From the NCBI GenBank assembly GCA_021432655.1, contig MU271294.1:10106-74105 (forward strand): a stretch of DNA of 64,000 nt, given 5' to 3'. A program made the position numbers and the translations under genes. Positions 50,804 through 61,076 of this stretch are shown here, piece by piece. The notes under the pieces were generated by a model that worked only from the letters and a program-made list of their open reading frames with translations, made no database searches and was not told the origin of the DNA. The DNA is from Atractiella rhizophila (lineage: Eukaryota). Numbering within the stretch: the stretch's first letter is position 1; every line of letters begins with the position of its first letter.

Positions 50804-52625
50804 ATGGCTGAACAACGCGCTGATGTGCTGCAGGCATGATATGATCTTTCCCCTGCCCTTGCCTCGTTTAACATGAATTCGTGGGCTTCAGTTCAGCGTA
50901 TCTTCTCTACGAAGGATTGAGAAGGAAACATTGATTTCACGGGAGGATGATCAGGGAACAGAGTCTATCGCACTGGTCCATCTCATCACCCCAGCAGAAT
51001 TAACATATGGCACTCCGATCTACCTCTCCATTCTTCCCTCTTTCCTTTCTCGCCTACCTCCATCAATTCACATTCTCCGGATCACATTTGTTTTGCCTCT
51101 TGACGTCTGGATGGAGGATTATGGGCCGTCGAAATCATCCTACTTCTCCGTGGCAGGTCTCGAAAATGAAGTCGAACCAGACGGTGCAGTGATTCTTTGG
51201 ATTGGTTCGGAGGAGGAAAGTATTACGGTAGCTTTTGGTGATACCAAACGTTGTGCATCCGTTGAATTTGAGGGCCTGTATCGGAAGCCCTTCACATGCA
51301 CTTTTCATCTTCCAGATAATCGCTCTCAGGTCCTCTTTGAACCCGTTGCCCTATACTCCAAGGAGCAACTGCGTTTCATTCCTCTCAGCGAATGGGAGGA
51401 ATCAACCATCCCATCCACCGGTCTGGGGACAACCATCCAACTCTCGCTCTCCACAACTCAACTTACAGGTATTAGTCCATGCAGTATGACGCACCTTCCT
51501 CCTGAGATCCTCTCACTCATCTTCGAGTTTCTTTCATTCGATGAAGATCAAAGCCTCATAGCTGGTCTTGGATATCTCGTTTCCTTCGAGCGACTTTCTG
51601 ACGTCTGTCAGCTTTGGAAGGCTGTTTCAGTCCCATATTTCAGTAAACATGTCCCTCTGAGGGAGTTACACGCTCGTTTGACAGCTAATCCTAATGCCGG
51701 GCATTTGCGGACATCCCTCTCATTTGGTGGAGGTGGCATCAGCGTTGAGACGGCCAAAGACGTCATCGCGGGGTCGCCAAATGTGACGGAGGTGTGGATG
51801 GATGCATTGTGGAATGAAGAGGAGGCGAAGATTGTGTTGCATGCGATTGAAAGCTTGAGGAAGTTGGATTACATATGCTTTAAAGGGGAAAGTTCGAGAA
51901 AGTGGAAGAAGGACGAGGTTGAGAATTTTATGTTGAGGATGGGTGACAGGATCAGTTTCTTCGGTGCTTATGACGTGGAGGACTCTGTCTCGTCGCCATC
52001 ACTAGGCCTTCGATTATCATCTAGCCTCAACTCCCTAGAGCTTCACACATACCCACCTCTCCCATCGCTCTCCCTCCCACTCACCCTCACGTCATTGGGT
52101 CTCTCCAATCTGTGTCCCCTTCCTCCCTCCATCTCAGGCTCCTGTCTACCCCCTCTTCTAGATTGGCTCAAGATCACCCTTGCCCCCTACTCGCCTGATG
52201 GAAAGACCTCCATCCTACCCAGTCCATTCGACTTTTCACACCTCAAACATCTCACTAACCTCTACCTCGACGGCGGTGAGGAAACTTCAAACCTCGTTTC
52301 CCCCCAAGTCTTCCACACCCTCAGAAATGCAAAAGGGATAGCAGAAATAGATGTTCGGTACTGTGTGGTGGACTGGGAATTCACAGGGTTCGTATTCTCA
52401 GACTTCATCTGCTGGTTCTTTGGGGACAGGGGGGTGAAGGAGGAGGGGGATAAGGAGGATGGAGCTGAAAAGGTGAAGTCGACGAGAGGACGCGAGTTGA
52501 GGGTTCAGCTATTCTTTGGAGGGTGGCTTGAGGACGAGATACGCAAGGCTAGGAGCACGTTGAGTGAGTTTGAGGTTATCGAGGGGGGTTGGAAGATATG
52601 GATTCGGGAGGGTGGAGAGGAGTGA
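50804..52625 (+). CDS. F-box/LRR-like protein, copy 6 (exon 1 50804-50833; GC-AG intron 50834-50891)
   Basis: HLPPEILSLIFEFL...RLSDVCQLWKAV plus LRR-like repeats. Intact frame. Confidence 0.85.
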
Positions 52626-53051
52626 CACTGAAGATTCTCATATTTCCCCCTTGTGTTCTAAAGGAGACATTCAGATGAAGGTGCGATGTTCACAACACTC
52701 CAGGCTCTAACGTAGCATTGAAAATGGGTGACTAGAGACAGGCAGGAGTTGATAGCTGAGCCAGGCTGTGGTGTCCACGCCGCACGGCCCACGTTAGGGA
52801 CGATTCCCCTATCTGTTCAACTTATCACACACTCACTGACACTGGTGTCCCTTGTCCTCACCGATTGTGACGAATCTTCCGGCCTCGTTTGTACCCAGTC
52901 TTTACACACTGTTGACTTCCAATGCGATTAAAGTCATAGCCATGCCATACTTCGTGGAGTGCTCAGTTCCTTAACGTTTATCGCCTGGTTCTTCGGTGAT
53001 AATGAGGGAATACGGACACTGATGACGGTGGATGGTAAGAGGAGTTGAAAT

Positions 53052-53468
53052 TGTTGAAGAGGGCTGAGGAGGTCGGTTTGAGACGAGGACAATACGAAGG
53101 TCACCTTTCGCTTACCCTAGGGCAAGGAAATAATCTTTGTCAGGTCGATCTTTGGAAACATTTTGAATGAGATTTTGGCTTGGGCTAAAATGTCCCCAAT
53201 CATACAAACGTGAGCACGATGAAATAGATGATAAAGTGATTGATTGCAATGCATACAAACATACCTAAAATGTCCCCAATCACACAAACGTGAGCACGAT
53301 GAAATAGATGATAAAGTGATTGGGGAAAGACGGAAGAGACTTCGCAGGTGTTCCTTTATAGTACCGGTCTTGCGGTGAAGTGCCACATGTTTGCCTCTGC
53401 TTCGGAACGCGCGGCAAACACGGCAAACACCGATCACGTCCCGTTGTTTTCATAACCCATTTCCAACA
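53052..53468 (-). repeat. 3' LTR (~417 bp) with TGTTG...CAACA termini
   Basis: Starts right after the PPT (53469-53476). The other terminus at 53052 coincides with loss of similarity to the array 3' flank. TATAAA on the minus strand at 53355-53360. No second LTR is available to confirm the limits. Confidence 0.7.
53185..53322. repeat. 58-bp direct repeat x2 (80-bp period) inside the LTR
   Basis: ctaaaatgtccccaatca(t/c)acaaacgtgagcacgatgaaatagatgataaagtgattg at 53185-53242 and 53265-53322, one mismatch. Confidence 0.95.
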
Positions 53469-53475
53469 CTCCCCC

Positions 53476-56400
53476 TCACTTCACCGCACCACCATCCTCC
53501 ATTCCCTCCAAACCGTCACGTCTACCCATAGCCGAATTGGTGGTCGTGTATTCCTCATTTCCGACGAGTCCCATGAGCGCACAGAAACGCCAGTGAATCG
53601 TCGCAGCAAGACCCTTCGTCAACACATCCGCAACTTGGTGCCTTGTCGGTATCCATTCTAGAAGGACGGTCTCATCCTCAACGCGCTCCCGTGTAAAATG
53701 GTAATGTACTGCAATATGCTTGGTCCTTCCGTGTGCGACAGGGTGTGATGCAAGACGTATCGCTCCTTGATTGTCACCTCGAATGAGAGTAGGCTTCGTC
53801 GTGGGGTATCCCAGATCCGTAAGCAGCCTTCTCAGCCAAACGGCCTCCCGAGTCGCCACTGACATGGCTACGTATTCAGCTTCTGTAGATGATACCGCTA
53901 CCGACATCTGGCGTTTCGAAATCCAAGAGACGGCTGCGCCTGCATTGCGAAAGAGGACGCCTGATACGGATCGACGTGTGACGGGGTCTGCAGCGTGGTC
54001 GGCGTCAACGAATGCGTCCAGGCACGGTAGCAGAGAAGCGTAACCGTCGTAAACCAGCCCATGGTCCAGCGTACCCGCTACATATCGGTACACCCTCTTC
54101 ACAGCTTGCCAATGGCCCATCCCCGGATTATCGCAGTACCGCGCAACCTCCGAAACGGCGTACGAGATGTCAGGACGTGTGCATGCAGACAGGTATATAA
54201 GGGCCCCGACTGCTTCCCTGTAAGGCACTCCACGCATGCGTTCCTTCTCAACTGACGAAGCGGGAGATAGGTCAGGAGACAGTCGCTTGTTCGCTTCACA
54301 TGGCATCTGCACGGGAGAGACTGAGTCGCCAAGGTATTTCCTAACAATCTTCATCGCATAACCCTTCTGATGAATCTTGACACGCCTTCCGCCGTCCTCT
54401 CCTTCAATTTGGATCCCAAGGAATACAGACGCTGGCCCAGCTCGCAGTTTGAAGAATTCTTCCAGGCGACGGAACACTTCTTCGATAAGTACTCCAGAGC
54501 TCCCAACCACAAGACCGTCATCGACATGTAGGCAGATGATCACGACGTCATTCTCTCTCCTCATCACATATACCCCGTAGTCAGCCGTCGTCTGTTGAAA
54601 TCCCAACTCCGTAAGGACTCCCTTCATCTTTTTCCACCATTGACATCCTGCTTGACACAGTCCGTACAGGGCCTTCCCCAACTCATAGACTTCCTTCGGT
54701 CGTTCAGCGTCCACGAAACCAGGTGCTTGTTTCACGAACACCTCCTCCTCAATGTCTCCATTCAGGAACGCATTGCTGATGTCGAATTGGCGGCGTACCC
54801 ATCCCTCCTGCGCAGAAATGGACAACACCGCACGGACAGATGCCATGTGAACCGTAGGTGCCCATGTTTCCTTATAGTCCACCCCTTGCATTTGCTGATC
54901 ACCTCGTACCACTAGTCTAGCCTTGTATTTCACCACCTCCCCGGCAGGATCCCGCTTTATCAACAGCACCCATTTTACTCCTAGTGCCTTCCTTCCTGGC
55001 GGCAATTTTCTCAGTCCCCCTTTCCAAGTCCCCATCGCCTCTAGCGCCGCGAGTTCCGCTACCATCGCTGCAATCCAACGGTCCCGATCAGGTCCCGCCA
55101 CTGCCTCCTTGAAAGATGGTTCGTCCATGTTTCCTGTCCAGTAGACTTGCTCATTGTCGTCCTCCTCCTCTTGGCCGTGTGTCAATTTGAAGGCCTTCGG
55201 GTTCCGTCGAACCTCAGCCACCAGCTCCATGACGGGTCCGTTCATGTCCTCTCCCCCATATATCTGGGTGTAGTAAACCCCTCGCTCATGCAACTTCTTG
55301 TAGTCCCATGCCGGTCTTCCTGCGTTACGCGCTCCTCTTCCCCATCTCTTCTGCCTGTATGGCGAAAAACGCGCTCGCTCCTCCTCATCTGCTATCGCTT
55401 TCCGGATCGTTTCCTCAATATGAGACACTTTCTCCTTTACGAACGACGCATCCTCGTCTGGTGGAAGTAGCGCTACTGGTGGCGGCGCGGTCGTGTCTTC
55501 ACGGTTCTCTGGTTGCACATTCGCCCGTTTTCGTGTCAAGGTCGGGGAAGGAGGCATGATCAGGTCATCATCGACACTCTGGCCGTCGTGTTCTACTCCA
55601 GTGGTGTCCAACGGTTCGCTTGGCGTCTCTATCCTTTTTCCCCCAAGCTCCCCCTCAAGAGGACTCCGTGCAGCTACCCCTGTGCTCTCCTGCGGCAAAA
55701 ACATAGGTAAGAAGTCTTCTGGTTCCAATCTCCGTATCCGCTCCGTTTCTCGCTCACTCCTATTCGTGTAGAACTGGTCTTCGAAAAATCGCGCTGACTT
55801 CGCCTCCACTATTCTTCGTTTCATGGGGTCCCAGAATCTCCAACCGTACCCATCCGCAACATACCCCACGAAGTACATCAATTTCGCACGAGGAAGTAAT
55901 TTGGAGTCGCGTTGCTCTGGCATAATCGTAACCGCAGCCATGCAACCGAAAACCCTGATGTGAGTGGTGTCTGGTTTCTTCCCGTGAAACGCCTCATATG
56001 GTGACTGATTTCCTTTATTCCCTTTCGTAGGCATGATGTTTTTCATGTACACGGCGACTCTCAATGCTTCATACCATAGATATAATGGTAGTCCCGATTC
56101 GAGGAGAAGACATCGAACGATATTGAAGAGGGTATACCACTGACGTTCCCACAGTCCTCCTTGGTCGTGTGCGTAAGCCATGGTCTTCATAGATGCAATG
56201 TTATGCTTATCGCACCAATCTTTCATCGCGTATGACATGAACTCTGTCGCCTGATCGTGCCGTATCTTCCTTAAGCTCACATCCAGGTCTCGTTTTATGG
56301 CTGCTCGTATTCCTTCCAGCAATCATGGCGCCTCAGACTTCAGCTTCATTCCTCCAACTATCATATACCTTGATGCTTCGTCGACTGCACCAAAGACGTA

Positions 56401-58608
56401 TCGAAACCCCTGAATGCTTGACAATGCAGCCGGCCCCCACGTATCGAATCCTAGCGTTTTTCCCGGAGTTTGCTCCCTTAGGTTCGCAGGACCTTTACTT
56501 TTCGTGCACGTTGCCTTCCCTCTCGCACAAGTCATACACTGATTTAAGTGCGTTGCATTGCAGGTACCCTTTATTTGAGACTTTGACAAGATTTCATGCT
56601 TGATGGCCAAGCGGAGCCGTTCGTTGCTTGGATGACCTAACCGCTGGTGCCAGACACGAATAGGCACTGCGACGAATGCGGCGTGAGGATTTTGGTCTGG
56701 GGGCATTGGAGCAGGAAGGTAACTCGCCTGCAATGTGATGAGCGTTCGACCGATAGAAGCCGTTCCGAACATCTTCCCATCCTTTCCATGCAAGTAGACC
56801 CTTTTTGTGTCATTCTTGAACTGCACTCCAGCTTCCATCAAGATCTTTGATGAAATGAGATTCACGCCTAACCCCGGTGCGTAGTAGACGTTTCTTATCA
56901 CCCCAACGCTCGTTGTCCCGTCGTCGAGTGTGAACGCAGCTTTGAGGTTACCGATCGCTGTGGCGAAACCCTTGGAACCCCAAGCACCCTTGATGCCAAT
57001 TGGTTTATCGAGCTCCTTGAAATCGTGCAATAGCCATGGACATACAGTGAGGTGAATTGAGGCGGCGCTGTCCAGGTGGAAGGGTCGCATCGTACCTTCG
57101 ACCTGTTCTCCGTCACTTATTCCGGCCATCAACGCGAATCCTTCGCATTCGGGGTCGAAATTCTCGATCTCTGAGGGACTCAAAGTGTCAAGGTCGAAGG
57201 ATGTAAAGTAGGCTCCGAAGTCGACCACTTCCAGCCCATCATCATCCTCGACTTCCGCCATATAAACTCCCACTGATTGGTCATAGTCTGAGACCACATC
57301 CAACTGCTCGTTATACGGCTTCCCCGTCGCAGGATTGTTGTCCGTTGCGCGTATCGGGTTTGCATGTTGATCATCTGCAACTGTAGCGATGAGGACATGG
57401 AGTTCGTTTCGTGGAATCTCGATGTCGTACTGTTTAAAAACAGCAAGGAGGGAGGCAGCCTGTTGCTTCCTATTGAGGTTGCAGTTCCGTCCAAAATGGC
57501 CGTCCTTCCCGCAGTGGTAACATTGCCGCGCTCCCAATCGAAATTGTCCCCTTTCAGTCGTCCCATGAGGCCAATTTCCCCAATTTTTGATCGTCCTGGC
57601 ATTGGGCGCAATCCTGTTGATCAATGGACGTTGTGAACGGCCATCATTGCCGTCCCTCTTCTTTCCCGCGTTGTTCGAGGACGCGGTCTGCTGGGGTGAA
57701 ATCCTGGCGACGAGTGCGACGTCTTTGCCTCCTGATCTATCCTCCTCCCTATTCCTCAAAGCCAATTCTTCTGCCGTCAGCCGGTTCACAACAGATGCGA
57801 GATCCGCTTGGTTGACTCCTGTTGAGGACAACCACCTTCTGGTTTCTTCTCGCAATCCATTGACGAGGGTATACGAAAGGAGGGTATCGCTGATCGTCAG
57901 TTCGTCCTGGGACTCGTTGAATATTCTTCTTCGCTCGTGCAATTTTGCGATCCATTCGATAAGGCTAAGATTACTCGACTCGTGGGTGAAGTTCGTGAAT
58001 TGTCGCAACAGGTGTGCCGTGTCAGCGAATTCCTTGGTCTCGTATTTGTCCTTCAGAATCTTTATGGCCTTCACCGGATCCACCTGGTCTTCGATGAACA
58101 CCCTCGCCGTGTCTCCCACAGATTGTTTCAAGACCATCATCGCAACTGCCGCCATGCGTCTCCAGTTCGACAAAGCCTTGATGAACGCCGTATTCTCCTC
58201 ATCCGTTGGACTCTTTATCTTCGGAGTTTGACCCTTGGACATCATCTCTTGCATCTGCGTCACCGTCAGCCCTTCCTCAGACATAGGGCTGACTGGTTCC
58301 GTCACGATGCCATCCAGCAGAATCCCCACGTTGTTCGCGTCGAGGATGGACTTCAGAGAGCGGAAGAATCTGGTCGAATTTTGGAGAGTGAGAGGAGGGA
58401 TCTTCCCATTTGCAACAATGGTCTGCACTGATCCCGTTGGGAGGTTTATTTCGGACGCAATTTTCGCGGAAGATGAAACGGAGTATGGGACAGTCGAGGT
58501 CGTGAATAATGGTGCCTCCTCTGTTCCTGGGGTCGAGGCTCCTGTCCCGAATGGATCTCTCCTCCCTGAGGTAACTCCTGTTGGCGTGGTACTTCCTTCC
58601 GTAGCCAT
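53476..58608 (-). pseudogene. Copia gag-pol polyprotein interrupted by one in-frame TGA (56323-56325) in the integrase core
   Basis: ORFs 56323-58851 and 53476-56322 are contiguous in one frame: KSEAP-stop-LLEGIRAA. Probable start MATEGS at 58608. Confidence 0.88.
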
Positions 58609-58642
58609 CTTTGATGTGATGTTACTATCACTTGTTAAGCCG

Positions 58643-60546
58643 ATGCACAAGAAAACAATGTCCATCGACTCAGCTGCTGTCCCACGCATTCCAACTATCA
58701 GAGCACGATCATCATCCACCGTCACTTCTGCGGATGCACAAACATCGAAGACCCTTGCTTCACGCCTCAAGAATGCCAAAAGCAAGTCTAGCACCATATC
58801 CTTTGGAGGGACAAAACACGCGAGACCCGGACTCTCCGTCAAGTCTTCCAACCAATCTCTTCACGAACCTGCTTTCAAAGTTCACGAGGACCTTCCACCC
58901 CCTGCTAAGCGGGAAAGGACAGAAGCTCATGGAAGGGAACGACCCTGGAGTACGGCGGATATGGAGATCTTCTCACCAGTTCAGGAGCACGACTTGATTG
59001 AGGAAGTGGGGCAGGGCTTCGAAATGTGTGGAGTAACGGATAAGGAAGAAGTTCAAGTGGACAATGTCACTCTCCCCGTCCCAATGGAGCGCGGAGCTGA
59101 GTCGAGGAGGGGATCGTATAGATCGGAGAAGTCTTCGAGGCGTTCGCTCAGGGACCAGGTCATGGTCGATGAGCCTTTGAAGGAGACCGTTATGCCAGGT
59201 GGACTGCCGATCCAGGAAGTAGATGAGGACATTGAGGTGGAAATTAGAAAGGAGGCTGCCAGGGAAGCCTCGCCTGCTAAACCTGCGCGAGTGAGTCGAC
59301 ATCGCCCAATCTCCCAAGTCTCGGTCTACGAGGATCCTGTCGAAGTGGCGGAGGTGGAAAAGAAGTCAACTGCTCCTCCGACACCGGTCACGGAAATCGA
59401 TCCGGATAACTGGCTTCTTCTTGACCAAGAGGTTGAGGCTGAGGCTCAAAGGGAAGTTAAGAATATCAGGGAGATGTTTTCGGAACAGGTTGACGTGAGG
59501 GATACTCAGATGGTCGCTGAGTACCACGAAGAGATTTTCGAGTATATGTCCCAACTAGAGGTCTGTCTTTCCTCTGCTTTGGAGACACAGAACTCATGGG
59601 AACTCGAAAATAGGGAAAGGCGCTCCCGGATCCCAATTATATGGAACGCCAGCCTGATATCCAATGGGCCATGCGAACTTCTCTCGTCGATTGGCTCCTT
59701 CAGATTCACATGAGATACCACATGTTACCGGAAACTCTTTGGATCGCCATCAATATCTTCGACAGGTTCCTCTCCAAGCGAATCGTCAACGTCCATAAGG
59801 TTCAACTGGTCGGAGTGACCTCCATGTTCATCGCTGCTAAATATGAAGAGGTGATGGCTCCGAGGTAAGTTCTCTGTCATGTTCAGATCATGTCCTTTGT
59901 TCATCCCATTTCATTACAGTGTGGACGAATTTGCTTATATTACTCACGACGGTTATACGAAAGAAGAGATCCTGAAGGGTGAACGTGTCATATTAGAGAC
60001 CTTGGATTTCGAGATCTCGACGTACTGCTCGCCTTACACCTGGGTGAGGAGGATCAGCAAAGCTGATGATTACGACATCCAAACACGAACTCTTTCCAAA
60101 TTTTTGATGGAAGTCACTCTTCTCGACCATCGCTTCCTTCGAGCTAAGCCCAGTTTGATCGCTGCTATCGGCATGTATATGGCAAGGATCATGTTGGGTC
60201 AGACTTGGGTTAGTCCTCAACTCCTGAGATATGAATCGAAGATTGACACCGCGGTATCAGAACCATGCCTTCGTCTTCTACTCTGGATTTACCGAAGCTC
60301 AGCTCTTAGGTCCGGCTAGGTTCCTTGTCGAAGTCTTGAGGGACGACCTCTTTGAAGAGAAATTTCTATACAAAAAGTATTCAAATAAGAAGTGTACGCT
60401 CGGCTATTCTTTCTTTCAGCATCCGAAATAACGCGGGATGGGCGATAGTTTTAAAGGCAAGCGCATATGCACGAAACTGGTCTTTGTCTGAGGCCAGTCA
60501 GGAATTCATGGACAAGCAGCCCAGTAGAACACCTCTGCCATCATAA
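58643..60546 (+). CDS. B-type (G2/M) cyclin, 5 visible exons; 5' end apparently missing
   Basis: MVAEYHEEIFEYM, YMERQPDIQWAMRTSLVDWL, LPETLWIAINIFDRFLSKR, FIAAKYEE, RRISKADDYDIQTRTLSKFLME and FLYKKYSNKKFLKAS. Introns at 59561-59613, 59865-59919, 60209-60260 and 60394-60448. Confidence 0.9.
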
Positions 60547-61076
60547 AGTTCCCGTTACGATTGCTTCCTCTCAGTTGCTTTTTATACGGTATTATGTGAT
60601 GTTCCCTCTCTCTTCCTATTTTTTTTGGCTAGTGAGTACCCAATTATCTATCCTTTTTTCATGACTCCTTTTCTGCTCTCAAGCCGTATTGATTTGTTAC
60701 CTCTTTCCGCATTCCGCCAGTGAGTTCACGACTTGTTGTCATCCCCCTTCGTCTTTCTTTAACTCGAAGTAAGCTTGAAATGTCTATACGCAACAGGCAG
60801 TCTTCAGTGAATCTATGAATATCAATTTGTCTCTCCGAATGGTGCAGAAAGATATGGCGAACGTGACATTGCAACCTTGAAACAGCTTGGACACAACTAC
60901 AGGTTTGCTAAAGCAATACAGACACGGCTCCTGATGTGGACCAATATAGTTAGGACGGTGGTTACAATACTTGATAAATTTCTGGGAACATGAAACAAAA
61001 CTGTGAGCTTCAAGGTTCAAGGAGCGAACAGTGTCGGTAAAGGCTAGATGAAACGTCGTAAGTAGAACCGAGATGT

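Larger units (their letters stand above)
11600..53051. repeat. Tandem segmental-duplication array (units of roughly 7-9 kb: F-box/LRR gene, relic C-terminus, polyol dehydrogenase pseudogene(s), CT-rich spacer)
   Basis: Six paralogous ORFs in the same orientation. Repeated intergenic blocks include 20220-22430 vs 37140-39350, 15600-16200 vs 39450-40035, 23930-24750 vs 40560-41390 vs 48170-48880, and 34400-35260 vs 49910-50770. Confidence 0.92.
53052..58608 (-). mobile_element. Ty1/copia LTR retrotransposon, lacking a 5' LTR
   Basis: Domain order is gag (CYHCGKDGHFGRNC knuckle), protease (FHLDSAAS), GAG-pre-integrase (WHQRLGH), integrase D,D-E (FDTWGP, RHDQATEF, LWER), RT (KARLVVRG, LHVDD) and RNase H (FVDADHA, ADVLTK). 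PPT AGGGGGAG precedes the LTR. Confidence 0.95.

Noticed and set aside
53185..53322. CRISPR-like repeat-spacer
   Set aside because: Only two 58-bp repeats inside an LTR of a eukaryotic genome, with no cas genes.
57587..58431. Long plus-strand ORFs over gag (and similar antisense ORFs over LOX, ACBP and the F-box genes)
   Set aside because: Antisense shadows of real coding sequence with no independent motifs.
11600..58608. Diversity-generating retroelement-like mechanism (RT next to variable genes)
   Set aside because: The RT belongs to a standard copia polyprotein, variation is not visibly adenine-specific, and no invariant template repeat is seen. Adjacency is explained by insertion.
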